A DNA stretch of 64,000 bases from a virus: IMG/VR virus record IMGVR_UViG_3300025809_002164, positions 64,001 to 128,000 of that record. One strand, written 5' to 3'. Position numbers and translations under genes: made by a program. The notes below the pieces were generated by a model, which was given only the letters and a program-made list of their open reading frames with translations, made no database searches and had not been told where the DNA came from. Positions 1 to 9,768 of this stretch are shown here, one piece after another (the stretch's first letter is position 1; every line of letters begins with the position of its first letter).

Positions 1-106
1 GACTCCGCTAATGTTGTCATTTAGCTTCTGGTTCAAGCCGCTAATGTTAGCATTGACTCCGCTAATGTTGTCATTTAGCTTCTGGTTCAAACCGCTAACG
101 TTAGCG
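1..106. repeat. 54-bp tandem repeat (about 2 copies visible) encoding an 18-aa unit
   Basis: gactccgctaatgttgtcatttagcttctggttcaa occurs at 1 and at 55. Confidence 0.9.
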
Positions 107-201
107 TTTATGTTGTTTAATTCTGAGCTTATGTATGAAAATGATAACGGGGACCAAGAATTAAGTGAATCGTCTTTTAAGTATATTTCGGAGTTAGCCA
201 T
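1..201 (-). CDS. N-terminal part of a repeat-containing coiled-coil protein, truncated by the window edge
   Basis: Not in the ORF track. Hand translation from the ATG at 199-201 gives MANSEIYLKDDSLNSWSPLSFSYISSELNNINANVSGLNQKLNDNISGVNANISGLNQKLNDNISGV, open to base 1. A GTGTA motif lies 10 nt upstream. Confidence 0.75.
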   Translation of the reverse strand, partial: MANSEIYLKDDSLNSWSPLSFSYISSELNNINANVSGLNQKLNDNISGVNANISGLNQKLNDNISGV

Positions 202-211
202 GTATTATACA

Positions 212-216
212 TACAC
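212..216 (-). promoter_or_regulatory. GTGTA late-promoter-like motif
   Basis: AAAGTGTATGTATAATACATG. Confidence 0.55.
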
Positions 217-252
217 TTTAAAGGGTTTCTTTGCCTGAAAAATTAAATATTT

Positions 253-474
253 TTAGTCTTTAGCTAGGAAATAAGATATAGAATATGGATCTGCTGTAAA
301 TTTTTTACATCTTAATGGGGAATAGAGCTCTTGAGGTTTTACTTTTTTAGGTATTAGTAAACTATCTAGAGATAAATCAGTTTCTTTTAGGATTGATGTT
401 ATGTATATGGAGTGACCATCTAACTCGATTGTTTCGCTTTCGTTAATTTTGCTGGATTTTATTTGAGGGCTCAT
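253..474 (-). CDS. hypothetical protein
   Basis: 73-aa ORF co-oriented with neighbours; GTGTA-TATATAAT motif just upstream (487-491). Confidence 0.6.
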   Translation of the reverse strand: MSPQIKSSKINESETIELDGHSIYITSILKETDLSLDSLLIPKKVKPQELYSPLRCKKFTADPYSISYFLAKD

Positions 475-486
475 TGATATTATATA

Positions 487-491
487 TACAC
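487..491 (-). promoter_or_regulatory. GTGTA late-promoter-like motif
   Basis: ATGTGTATATATAATATCAATG. Confidence 0.55.
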
Positions 492-502
492 ATTAACTGT
501 AG

Positions 503-1549
503 TTAGTGTATGAATGTTGATAGAGTTTTAATATTGACATCAATAAGATTCTTCCTAGAGGGTGTTTTATTGTGGAGAGGGCTTGAACTTTTAACATAAT
601 GGTAGTCTAAGTTTAGAAGGTTAGATATGTTCCAATAAAGCGGAGAGAAAAAATTAAAACTAAACAGTTCAATTATCTTGGTATTTTGTTTACAAAAAAT
701 TAAATTTGCCAGACTTGCCCCATGTGGGGAAATTATAATTTCAGCGCTCTTAAAAATAGCAGCCTGCTCTAGGATGGTTAAGTTTTCTAAAATAACCTTT
801 TTGTAATTAAGTTTATTTAAATAACTATATAGTTCAGTTTGATTTGATATTCCTCCTCCTTTATTTTTTTGTCTATGTATATATATTTTTTTAAATTTAC
901 ATTTCTTATTTGTTTTAAATAAATTATTTATAAATTCAATAGACCAGTCTGTTATATGTATATGTCGGTTAGGCTCGCTGGGTATAATTATATTTTTGAA
1001 TATATATTTTATGCCTTTTTCTTGCTCGACTAGCTGATTCTCTGATATACCTATTCTTTTCAAGCTTTCAATTACAAAGGGCCCCTTAATTGGGGGTATT
1101 AAGAAAGTTTTTATCGTGGAGAGATCTACTCCGTCGTTAATTAAAAGTTTCAACCTGGGAATCACTTGACATATCCAATGGAAGTAATTGCAGCTAGAAT
1201 CCATAGATAGTAATACTGACTTATGTTTAACTATTTTTGTGTATTTAACCTCCGGAATCTCAAGGTCGTACTTGGAGGAAATATCTGTAAATTTTTTGAC
1301 CCCTATGTTGCTTATTAAGCAGGAGCCGCAATTGTTTAATGCTAGGATTGAAATATCTTCGCAATATGATACGTATGAGCTTGAGTGATTAAACAATTTT
1401 ACCTTTTCGAGATACCTAGATATACTAGGATCAATGAATTTATCGTTTGTTACTGGTTTTTTATTAAAATAAGACGGTTGGGCTTTTTTGTAATGATAAT
1501 TAAGTTTCCAGTTTTTTTTAGCCTCCTTTATGTATTCAGGTAAATTCAT
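503..1549 (-). CDS. glycosyltransferase family 61 (DUF563) protein
   Basis: NYFHW, HRQ..ISNQ.EL, LENLTILEQ..F..AEIIISPHGASLANLIF motifs typical of GT61. Confidence 0.85.
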   Translation of the reverse strand: MNLPEYIKEAKKNWKLNYHYKKAQPSYFNKKPVTNDKFIDPSISRYLEKVKLFNHSSSYVSYCEDISILALNNCGSCLISNIGVKKFTDISSKYDLEIPEVKYTKIVKHKSVLLSMDSSCNYFHWICQVIPRLKLLINDGVDLSTIKTFLIPPIKGPFVIESLKRIGISENQLVEQEKGIKYIFKNIIIPSEPNRHIHITDWSIEFINNLFKTNKKCKFKKIYIHRQKNKGGGISNQTELYSYLNKLNYKKVILENLTILEQAAIFKSAEIIISPHGASLANLIFCKQNTKIIELFSFNFFSPLYWNISNLLNLDYHYVKSSSPLHNKTPSRKNLIDVNIKTLSTFIH

Positions 1550-1550
1550 A

Positions 1551-3296
1551 TTAATATTTAATATTTAATATTTTATTATCTATAGATCTAAGAATTGATT
1601 TAATGAAGCTCTGTGGGTTGATTAATTCTTTATCTATTAATTTACCCTCTATTGAGTGAGAACCTAGAATCTTTGCATTGATATCTGGAAAGTTTCGCAT
1701 AAGGGATGTATCCTCCAGTATATTTACAGCATGCCATAGTCCATTCATTGAGGTTTTGTATTGGTGGAATGTTTGAATTTTATTTAAAACCTCAAAATTT
1801 ACTATATCTTCGCCACAATGTAGGCCGGTTAATGTAGATCCATGTATCGAGTGCCAGAAGGGAACTATGGTTAGGAAATTCTCCCTGAGTTTGCCAAAGC
1901 ATAAATTTATTTTTTTATCATTTAATTTTAATTTATTAATATAATGTTTTAATACTAATTCGGGATTCCATTGAAACTCGTTATGTATGTTACTCCATGT
2001 TAATTGGCTCGAATTTTCTAAGCTCCACTCATACCATTCATTCAAGAAAAAATCTAAAATATTCATTCTTTTCTTGACATTTGCTGAACTCCCCATGCAA
2101 AATCTATCATTAAGACCCATGAGGTGGTTGTCGTGCGCGGGAAAATAGATGTTTTTATTACTTAAGTTCGATATGTTATCCAGTGAATTAAAAAAATGTA
2201 AGTCTGGCCGGGACCATATGACCCAGTCATACTCAAAGCCTTCTTGGGATTCTATACCTTCTATCATTGAGCAGCACTGCTTCATCGAGCTCCACTGGTT
2301 TAGATTGCCTTCAATTCCATGCCTCTGCCTGCACATGTTTTGATCCATTGATAGCTCCTTTTTTGAAAATTCTGGGTCTTTTTGGAATTTTATTTCAAAC
2401 CTGTTAAATAGAGGTTTTAATTTTTTTAATGCTTTGATGCTACTTTTGCTTGTGTTTTTGTCTGGAAAATTGCCGATGAAGTCGGTATTGTCTGGTAAGC
2501 TGTTTATGATTCTAGCAATATAGGAGTAAGAAGATTCGCTGAAATTTCTAAGCAGAGATGACATACATAAGGCTATCCTAGTAGAAGACTTATCCGCTTT
2601 GTTTAGTTTTATTGAGTTTGGTTTTAATTTTTTCTCTTGTTGGGCATTTATTAATTGAGAATTTTTTACATGATTTAATTGATCTAGTTTTAATTCTACA
2701 CCTTCCGTCCAGTTGGCATGGTGGACCATTATTTTGGAGCAAATGTCTAGGGTTTTGAGGTTTTTATATTTAAAGCCAGGACTCCAAAATCTATTTCTGG
2801 GTAGTGTTCCGTAGTTAAGATTGCACAGACTTTTATCTTTCAGTAATAACTGCATGATGTGCTGCTCTCCCGCTCCTGGAATATTAATAGATTCTTTCAA
2901 TTTATTAAGCACAATATCCATGAATTTTGAAACTCTGGCAGAGCATTTGCATATAAAAAATCCTGAGCATATTTCGTTTTTTGTATTATTGGACTGGAAT
3001 AGTATGTCAAACTTTTTAATTTTTTTAATAAGGAAGGGCTTTGTTTTTTTTAAGAATTGAATATCTACGTCTGAGCATATTATGGTATCGCCTATATTGT
3101 TATCAATAGCCTCCTTCCAGTATGAAACTTTTTTGTATTGAGTTTTTTTCCAGCCAGCTTTTCCATAAGATCCTGAGGGGCAGGGCTGATCGGGGTCCAT
3201 TAAATGGTGAACCTCATATTCAATAGATGCGGTAGGTAAAAACCAGTCGCTGAAGAAAATTTCATGAGATGGTGTAAAAAAAGTGTATATTTTCAA
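1551..3296 (-). CDS. two-domain glycosyltransferase: GT77-like nucleotide-diphospho-sugar transferase plus a second GT-A-like domain
   Basis: N-domain SDVDIQF, CSGFF, EQ, HHANW; C-domain IALCMS..LRNF, YDWVIWSRPDL, NDRF; TTG start. Confidence 0.7.
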   Translation of the reverse strand: MKIYTFFTPSHEIFFSDWFLPTASIEYEVHHLMDPDQPCPSGSYGKAGWKKTQYKKVSYWKEAIDNNIGDTIICSDVDIQFLKKTKPFLIKKIKKFDILFQSNNTKNEICSGFFICKCSARVSKFMDIVLNKLKESINIPGAGEQHIMQLLLKDKSLCNLNYGTLPRNRFWSPGFKYKNLKTLDICSKIMVHHANWTEGVELKLDQLNHVKNSQLINAQQEKKLKPNSIKLNKADKSSTRIALCMSSLLRNFSESSYSYIARIINSLPDNTDFIGNFPDKNTSKSSIKALKKLKPLFNRFEIKFQKDPEFSKKELSMDQNMCRQRHGIEGNLNQWSSMKQCCSMIEGIESQEGFEYDWVIWSRPDLHFFNSLDNISNLSNKNIYFPAHDNHLMGLNDRFCMGSSANVKKRMNILDFFLNEWYEWSLENSSQLTWSNIHNEFQWNPELVLKHYINKLKLNDKKINLCFGKLRENFLTIVPFWHSIHGSTLTGLHCGEDIVNFEVLNKIQTFHQYKTSMNGLWHAVNILEDTSLMRNFPDINAKILGSHSIEGKLIDKELINPQSFIKSILRSIDNKILNIKY

Positions 3297-3330
3297 TTTA
3301 GTTTTTTAATTTTAGTGTAATTTTATATTG

Positions 3331-3516
3331 ATGAGTAACATTATTTTAAATGTAGGAGGGCTGCTATTTTCAAATTCAGCATTTAGATTAACTTTGCTTT
3401 TTATTTCTAGAGCTATGACAGTAATGAACTCAACCCTTTCAATCGGTAAGGGAGTAACTAAGTTGGGCTTAGCTTTCGTGTTCGGGGATAGGGATAACTA
3501 CGATGTTAATTATTAA
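3331..3516 (+). CDS. possible small hydrophobic protein
   Basis: Fills the gap between two minus-strand genes; GTGTA motif 11 nt upstream of the ATG at 3331. Confidence 0.35.
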   Translation: MSNIILNVGGLLFSNSAFRLTLLFISRAMTVMNSTLSIGKGVTKLGLAFVFGDRDNYDVNY

Positions 3517-4442
3517 AATTTAAATCTAAATAATTTATCATCCTCGTTCCTGTAAAAAAAATATTTATTGATGTCATTTGTTAGTTTTTTATTATTGCAT
3601 TTGAGTATAGATTCATCATAGTAGGTATCGCCTATAGGGCAGTAATCATGTTTTTTTAATAGTTCATACCTCTTGATATATTTCCTGTTTTTAATTCTGC
3701 CATGATGTAGTGAAGAGATTGTATCATCATTACAATCTACCTTACCCTTTATTAATTCACCCCACTCTTTAGACCAGTTGAAATAATCCTGAAAATATGA
3801 AGGTAGCCTTAATTTTAGTATGGGGTGGTTTTGCATTATTCCATATAGATTAAACCCCTTAGAGAATGAAGCATTCCATAGTAGACTATCTCCTCCTCCC
3901 AGTATGGCTTTGTCATACAGTTTGCAGGATTGTAGTATGGAAGATTTAGATGCCCATGCATAGCCAGTTTTGTATACTGTGTTAATTGACTGTGTGTTTC
4001 CGGATATCTTCCAGTATTTGACACACCCGTCTCTGTATACTGAGTCATCCTTGCTTATATACTGCCTGGATGTAGAGAAAAGTTGACATAAGTTGCTTCT
4101 TTGTAACTTTTCGACAGTTTCTCCAGGCCAGTGGCTATTATTGAATATGACATCCGCATCGAGCCATGCTATATTCTCATAACCCTGATAGATGAGTTTG
4201 GATATTCCTATGTTAAGTAGATTTTCTTTATGCCATAGAATTTGGTCTGAATATACTTTAAGGCTATTGATTTCACTTGGTAGTGAATGCTTTTGGTTTT
4301 TGTAAATTAACTCAACTACTAATAAATTATTAACTTGCCTAGATGTTTTTTTAAAAAAAACAAGAAAGTTGTCTTTTTTTGATTTATAATTATATGGATT
4401 GAAGTAGCAACAGACGACTCCTAAGGATTTTTCATTAGGCAT
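3513..4442 (-). CDS. GT-A fold glycosyltransferase
   Basis: WHKENLLN, AWLDADVIF (DxD motif), GYAWA, LGGGD, HG motifs. Confidence 0.75.
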   Translation of the reverse strand: MPNEKSLGVVCCYFNPYNYKSKKDNFLVFFKKTSRQVNNLLVVELIYKNQKHSLPSEINSLKVYSDQILWHKENLLNIGISKLIYQGYENIAWLDADVIFNNSHWPGETVEKLQRSNLCQLFSTSRQYISKDDSVYRDGCVKYWKISGNTQSINTVYKTGYAWASKSSILQSCKLYDKAILGGGDSLLWNASFSKGFNLYGIMQNHPILKLRLPSYFQDYFNWSKEWGELIKGKVDCNDDTISSLHHGRIKNRKYIKRYELLKKHDYCPIGDTYYDESILKCNNKKLTNDINKYFFYRNEDDKLFRFKF

Positions 4443-4488
4443 TTTATTATAATATGTAAAATATTATAAATGTTTTGTTTTACTTTTT

Positions 4489-4737
4489 CTATTTTTTATT
4501 TAAATTAGACTTGAATTTATTGTACCAATAGTGAGAGCTTCGCCTTAGAGACTCATTTGAGTACCTAACTAGCTCAAGCATTGAGTCGGCTAGCTCTGCT
4601 TTATTTTCGGAAAAAGAAGAAGAGCTAGTTGCTTGAATTTCCTTAATTATTTCTTGAACGAAGTCAATGTAGGGGCATGTATTGCTAGGCACCTCGGGAG
4701 CTTCAAGCTCATAATCCTTTAATGTCTTTTTATTCAT
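4489..4737 (-). CDS. hypothetical protein
   Basis: 82-aa helical ORF (TCPYID...LE.VR..NE.LR); GTGTA motif upstream. Confidence 0.65.
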   Translation of the reverse strand: MNKKTLKDYELEAPEVPSNTCPYIDFVQEIIKEIQATSSSSFSENKAELADSMLELVRYSNESLRRSSHYWYNKFKSNLNKK

Positions 4738-4749
4738 CTTAATATTAAA

Positions 4750-4754
4750 TACAC
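4750..4754 (-). promoter_or_regulatory. GTGTA late-promoter-like motif
   Basis: TAGTGTATTTAATATTAAGATG. Confidence 0.55.
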
Positions 4755-4757
4755 TAA

Positions 4758-5699
4758 TTATTTAAGCCTAAGTTTTCCAGAAGATTTATTGTCTAGAAAA
4801 TCTGCATAAGTACTCTTTAGACCTTCTTTTATTGTGATGCTGGGACTCCATCCCATAGAATTAATTATGGATGTATCAAGTCTTTTAACTGGCGTTCCGT
4901 CTAGAGTACTCAAGTTGTAAAGTATGTCTCCCGTGAAGCCTACCACTTCTTTAACAAGTAAAGCTAATTCAGAGATCGTAATGTCGGACCCAGTACCTAC
5001 ATTAATTATATCTGGTAGGCTCTCCTTGTCTAATAGAAATAATATGCACATAGCTAAATCACTGGCGTGCATAAATTCCCTCCTAGCTTTTCCTGTGCCC
5101 CACATTTGAACATAGTCTTTGTTGTTATTTTTAGCTTCATCAAATTTTCTTATTAGAGCTGGGAGGACATGTGAATTTTCAGGGTGATAATTATCATTTT
5201 TGCCATATAAATTAGTAGGCATTAGTGAGTGGAAGTATACCCCGTGCTGGTTTCTATAATGCCTGCACATTTCTACACCTGCTATTTTAGCGAGAGCATA
5301 AGCTTCGTTAGTTTTTTCCAGAGGACCTGTTAGTAAGTATTCTTCCTTCAGGGGTTGGATTGAATCTCTGGGATATATGCAAGAGCTTCCGAGGTTTATA
5401 AATCTACTAACCTTGTTAACTAGGCAGGATTCGGTTATGTTTAAATTAATTAATAAATTATCTTTTATGAAATCTGCAGGGTATTCTTTGTTTGCATAAA
5501 TCCCGCCAACTTTTGCGGCACAATTTACAACAATGTCTGGCTTTACGTGACTGAAGAATGAATTTACTGAATTTAAATCGCAAAAATCTGCTTCATTTCT
5601 AGAGCAATGAATTGGGTTATAGTTTTCTGATTTGCTTAACGTTTCAAAAATTGAAGAGCCCACCATACCTCTGGACCCGCAAATTAAAACTTTTTTCAC
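4758..5699 (-). CDS. fcl: GDP-L-fucose synthase
   Basis: GSRGMVGS, AAKVGGI.AN, LGSSCIYP, NEAYALAK, PTNLYG, SHVLPAL, WGTG..RREF. Confidence 0.95.
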   Translation of the reverse strand: MKKVLICGSRGMVGSSIFETLSKSENYNPIHCSRNEADFCDLNSVNSFFSHVKPDIVVNCAAKVGGIYANKEYPADFIKDNLLINLNITESCLVNKVSRFINLGSSCIYPRDSIQPLKEEYLLTGPLEKTNEAYALAKIAGVEMCRHYRNQHGVYFHSLMPTNLYGKNDNYHPENSHVLPALIRKFDEAKNNNKDYVQMWGTGKARREFMHASDLAMCILFLLDKESLPDIINVGTGSDITISELALLVKEVVGFTGDILYNLSTLDGTPVKRLDTSIINSMGWSPSITIKEGLKSTYADFLDNKSSGKLRLK

Positions 5700-6730
5700 T
5701 TAGATGATACTAAGCGATAATCATTTTCATACATTTTTTTTACTAAGCCCTTAAAGTCAGTCTTTCTTTTCCATCCAATTTCAGTTTCAGCTAGTTTAGG
5801 GTCTCCGCAAAGCTCGTGAACTTCTGCGGGCCTGTAGAATTTTTCATCAACCTCGACTATGACCGTGCCATCTTTGAGCTTAATTTTTTCACTCAAACCA
5901 TTCCCTGAAATTAAATACTCTATTGATGCTAAACTAAGACATTCTAAAATAAAATCTCTGACGGTATGCATTTCTCCACTGCCTAGTACATAATTTTTAG
6001 GTTCTTTTAGATTTAGCATCAGCCATACTCCATCCATGAAATCCTCAGCATCACTCCAATCTCTACGAGCATCAAGGTTTCCCAACTTTAATTTAGGAAT
6101 AGGATTGTTTTTCTCTATTGAGTGTTTTATTTTAGCCACACCGTTGCTTATTTTTCTAGTTACAAAATCTAAGCCCCTGCGAGAACCCTCGTGATTGAAA
6201 AGCCAGCCTTGCACCGCATATAATTTATACGATTCCCTATAGACCCTGACTAGGTGCCTAGCGGCACATTTAGCTGCTCCATATGGGGATTGTGGGTTAA
6301 GGGGGTGCTTCTCGTCCTGAGGCGAGTATTCAACATCTCCAAACTCTTCTGAGGACCCTGCATTATAAAACTTGCAGTGTGGTGCGAATCTCCTGATTGA
6401 TTCAAGTATATGTAATACTGCATTAGAATCGGTTTCCCATGTTTGTATGGGATATTTCCAGCTACCAGCCACAAATGATTGGGCGGCGAAATTAATAAAG
6501 TAATCTGGCTGAATCTCTAGAATAACATCTCTTATACTGTGAGCATCGTTTAGATCCATGTCTAAAATATGAAACCTAGGGTTCCCTTCTAGGTGTTCTA
6601 TGTTTTCGTGATTTTTTACGCTAAGTCTTCTTACTGTTCCAAATATTTGAAAATCAGTAAATTTTAATAAGTAGTCACACATGTGACTTCCATCTTGACC
6701 TGTTATTCCTGTAACTAGTACTTTTTTCAT
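5696..6730 (-). CDS. gmd: GDP-mannose 4,6-dehydratase
   Basis: TGITGQDGS, AAQSFV, SSEEFG, PQSPYGAAK, LFNHE, FVTRKI, LGNLDARRDW, YRPAEV. Confidence 0.95.
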   Translation of the reverse strand: MKKVLVTGITGQDGSHMCDYLLKFTDFQIFGTVRRLSVKNHENIEHLEGNPRFHILDMDLNDAHSIRDVILEIQPDYFINFAAQSFVAGSWKYPIQTWETDSNAVLHILESIRRFAPHCKFYNAGSSEEFGDVEYSPQDEKHPLNPQSPYGAAKCAARHLVRVYRESYKLYAVQGWLFNHEGSRRGLDFVTRKISNGVAKIKHSIEKNNPIPKLKLGNLDARRDWSDAEDFMDGVWLMLNLKEPKNYVLGSGEMHTVRDFILECLSLASIEYLISGNGLSEKIKLKDGTVIVEVDEKFYRPAEVHELCGDPKLAETEIGWKRKTDFKGLVKKMYENDYRLVSSK

Positions 6731-6740
6731 TTAAATAAAA

Positions 6741-6745
6741 TACAC
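6741..6745 (-). promoter_or_regulatory. GTGTA late-promoter-like motif upstream of gmd
   Basis: AAGTGTATTTTATTTAAATG. Confidence 0.55.
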
Positions 6746-6768
6746 TTATTGTTGATATTATTTTCTAC

Positions 6769-7176
6769 TTAATACTTATTTCTTTGGTATTTCTTAACAC
6801 ATTCAACTATTTTGTCATCTAGTTTATGGGGGAATGAATCTAGTAATTTTATGTCTGTCCAGACAAAGTCAGTATGCTCTTCGTTTAAATCGGGAATTAC
6901 CTCTGATTTAATCTCGCTCATATAGACGTGCAATAATGAGTCTTCCTCATATAATGTTTTTACATATTTAATGTCTTGAATTTTTAAATTTATGCCAGAC
7001 TCTTCTTTAGTTTCTCTTGCAGCACAGGATATTGGACCTTCGTTCTTCTCTATTGAACCTGTAAAAATTGACCAAAACCCACCAAATGGTAATGGGTTTT
7101 CTTTAGTACCCTCCGACCTCTTGCATAGGAGAATTTTGCCATTACATATTAAGCCAACCCCTGAGTACCTATTCAT
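6769..7176 (-). CDS. Nudix hydrolase
   Basis: Nudix box GSIEKNEGPISCAARETKEESG; LNEEH..F.W. Confidence 0.9.
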   Translation of the reverse strand: MNRYSGVGLICNGKILLCKRSEGTKENPLPFGGFWSIFTGSIEKNEGPISCAARETKEESGINLKIQDIKYVKTLYEEDSLLHVYMSEIKSEVIPDLNEEHTDFVWTDIKLLDSFPHKLDDKIVECVKKYQRNKY

Positions 7177-9656
7177 TGGCAGGACTCGCAGGGTTCTCCA
7201 TTTTTCATAGATTCAATACTGCAGGCAGATGCAGGTTTTTGATCGGTTGATTTTTCGATTTTACTTGCGGCCCTATTCCTTAGGTAGTAAGTAGTTTTTA
7301 GACCAGACTCCCAGCATTTCATGTATATATCATTTAGATATTTAAGGGAGGTTGAGCTGTTGTACAAATTAAAACTTACAGCTTGATCTATCCATTTTTG
7401 CCTACGAGCATTTACTTCTACGAGTTTCATCATATCTCTATCAAATGCTGTTTTGTATTTATTTTTAATATCCTCAGGGATGAATTCATTTAACAATGAT
7501 AAGTCTCCGTCAGCGTCCTTAACCATATTAGATATTTCTGAATTCCATAACCCAAGTTCTTTCATGTCGTTTACAAAATGAGGGTTTGTTATATAAAAAT
7601 TACCGCTCTTATTCTCGTATACAAAAAGCACAGAGAAATTAGGCTCTATACTTTGCTCTACTCCGTTAATATATCCTATAGTTGCTGTGGGAGCAATAGC
7701 CATTACGTTAGAGTTCCTCATTCCGAATTCAGCAACATGAGCTCTGACTTTACCCCAGTCTTTAAGTGTTTGACCATGGCCAGTTAGAGGCTTGCCGGTA
7801 ACAGATGCTTTAGATACTTTTTGTTTACCTTTATAAACCATTAAGTTATTGTAGGAATCAATCGGAAGAATATTTTGACTCCAGAGTGACCCATCAAAAG
7901 TTTCGTAAGATCCTCTCTCTTCCGCCAATATTGAGCTTGCATAAATTGCTTCGCATGAGTAAAATTCATAAAACTTGTCGTTCCATTCAGCAGCTTCATC
8001 GCTGTCTATTATGATGTTTTGCTTGTGAAGTACATCATGCATTCCCATTATACCTAAACCTATAGGTCTATGCTTTAGGTTTGAATTATTAGATTCCCTG
8101 GTAGGATAATAATTTATATCTATTACATTATCTAGCATTCGAATCGCCGTGTGTATTGTATTTTTCAACCTATCATAATCTAATGTATGATTATTTTCAC
8201 CGTGAGATGAGGCCTCCTTCATGTGATTCAATAAATTAATAGAGCCTAAGTTGCAAACAGCTGTTTCTCCTATCTTGGTTTTTTCACCCTTGCTATATTC
8301 TGAGGGTTTGGTGTGTAGAGTTATTTCAGTGCATAAGTTAGAGCTAAGAACCTGACCTTCATGTTGATTTGTGTATCTAATATTACATGGATCTTTAAAT
8401 GTACACCAAGGGTGTGAGGTCTCAAACAAAACTTTGAGCATTTTTTTCCATAAATCTTTTGCCGCTATTTTTCTGAAATTTTTAATTAATCCTGCTTCAG
8501 CCGACTTGCACATTTCTGAGTAGTGCTTATCAAAGTCTTTACTAAACCTATTGTGTAGTGTCTTTCCGTCTTCTGTTTTAGTGTCTTTTGGGTCAAAGAA
8601 ATACCAATCATCTTCGCTCTGAACTCGCCTCATAAATTCATCGGGTATCCAGGCTGCGGTATTCATGTCGTGGCATCGAAGCCTTTCGTCTCCGGTGTTC
8701 CTCCTTAAGTTAAGGAAGTCTTCAAAATCTAAGTGCCATGGCTCTAAGTATGCACAACCAGCTCCAGGTCTTTTACCTCCTTGGTTGACGGCTACAAGTA
8801 AGTCGTTAAATATTTTAAGCCATGGAACTAACCCGCTAGAGATTCCGTTAGTTCCTTCAATGTGAGATCCTGTGGATCTGAAAGGGGTGACATCTAGGCC
8901 TAGACCTCCGGCAAATTTAGACTTCCTAGCTTCTTGCCATGCTCCGTCAAATATTCCATCTATACTATCATCAAAAGTGTTCAAATAGCAAGAACTTAAT
9001 TGGGAGTGTGTGGTTCCACTGTTAAATAATGTGGGTGTAGATGGAGTATAGAGTAATAAACTAATTAAGTCATAGAACTCTATAGCTTTTTCGTTTTTAT
9101 TTTCTTCGTTTATCGATAGGCCCATTGCTACCCTCATCCAAAAAGATTGAGGAGTTTCCATTACTTTGTTGTCCAGCCTAATAAAATATCTATCGTACAA
9201 TATTTGAGCTCCTAAATATTTTAAGTTCTTATCTCTAGTTATTCTTATAGATTCTGACAACATATTTAGGTCAAAGTCTAACAATTTAGGGTCAAGCCTG
9301 CCTTCTTTAACTAACTTTTTAGTATTTTGAATAAAGCTTTTTCTATATTGTAATCTAAATGTATCTGAGTCTACCCCTTCGTTGAATACTTCTTTATATA
9401 AATTGTTTAATAATAAACCTGCAGCCGCAAAAGAATAGTTTGGTTCTTTTTCGATTTTTTCTCTAGCTGATAATATTAAGGCTTGGTCAATTTCCCTAGT
9501 AGTTATCTTATCAAAGAGTTGAAGTTGGGCGTCAAGAACTATTTCACTAGCTGACACATCTTCTATGTTTTCGCAGGCTCTTAGTGAGCTTGCATTAATT
9601 TTATCCACATTAAATTCTTCTAATCTTCCATTTCTTTTCTTAACTTTAATTTGCAT
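7173..9656 (-). CDS. nrdA: ribonucleoside-diphosphate reductase class Ia alpha subunit, with N-terminal ATP-cone
   Basis: VKKRNG ATP-cone, TPTLFNSG, QLSSCY, QGGKRPGA, SSNLCTEI, VCNLGS, APTAT, TTYYLR, C-terminal CESCQ. Confidence 0.97.
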   Translation of the reverse strand: MQIKVKKRNGRLEEFNVDKINASSLRACENIEDVSASEIVLDAQLQLFDKITTREIDQALILSAREKIEKEPNYSFAAAGLLLNNLYKEVFNEGVDSDTFRLQYRKSFIQNTKKLVKEGRLDPKLLDFDLNMLSESIRITRDKNLKYLGAQILYDRYFIRLDNKVMETPQSFWMRVAMGLSINEENKNEKAIEFYDLISLLLYTPSTPTLFNSGTTHSQLSSCYLNTFDDSIDGIFDGAWQEARKSKFAGGLGLDVTPFRSTGSHIEGTNGISSGLVPWLKIFNDLLVAVNQGGKRPGAGCAYLEPWHLDFEDFLNLRRNTGDERLRCHDMNTAAWIPDEFMRRVQSEDDWYFFDPKDTKTEDGKTLHNRFSKDFDKHYSEMCKSAEAGLIKNFRKIAAKDLWKKMLKVLFETSHPWCTFKDPCNIRYTNQHEGQVLSSNLCTEITLHTKPSEYSKGEKTKIGETAVCNLGSINLLNHMKEASSHGENNHTLDYDRLKNTIHTAIRMLDNVIDINYYPTRESNNSNLKHRPIGLGIMGMHDVLHKQNIIIDSDEAAEWNDKFYEFYSCEAIYASSILAEERGSYETFDGSLWSQNILPIDSYNNLMVYKGKQKVSKASVTGKPLTGHGQTLKDWGKVRAHVAEFGMRNSNVMAIAPTATIGYINGVEQSIEPNFSVLFVYENKSGNFYITNPHFVNDMKELGLWNSEISNMVKDADGDLSLLNEFIPEDIKNKYKTAFDRDMMKLVEVNARRQKWIDQAVSFNLYNSSTSLKYLNDIYMKCWESGLKTTYYLRNRAASKIEKSTDQKPASACSIESMKNGEPCESCQ

Positions 9657-9712
9657 CGTTATATATTGTATGTTTTAGGGTATATTCTTTCCACTATAAG
9701 AAGGAAATTATT

Positions 9713-9741
9713 AATATAGCATAGAACTAGAATAACATCAA
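9713..9741 (-). promoter_or_regulatory. sigma70-type promoter for nrdA
   Basis: minus strand TTGATG-N17-TATATT with extended -10 TG. Confidence 0.55.
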
Positions 9742-9768
9742 GGATAAAAGTCAATAGTTATTAACAAT

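Noticed and set aside
11-238. Plus-strand 75-aa ORF
   Set aside because: It is antisense to the better-supported minus-strand gene starting at 201, which has a GTGTA motif and matches the orientation of its neighbours.
9655-9675. NrdR box upstream of nrdA
   Set aside because: Only a partial match (ACAATATATAAC) in very AT-rich DNA, with no clear second box.
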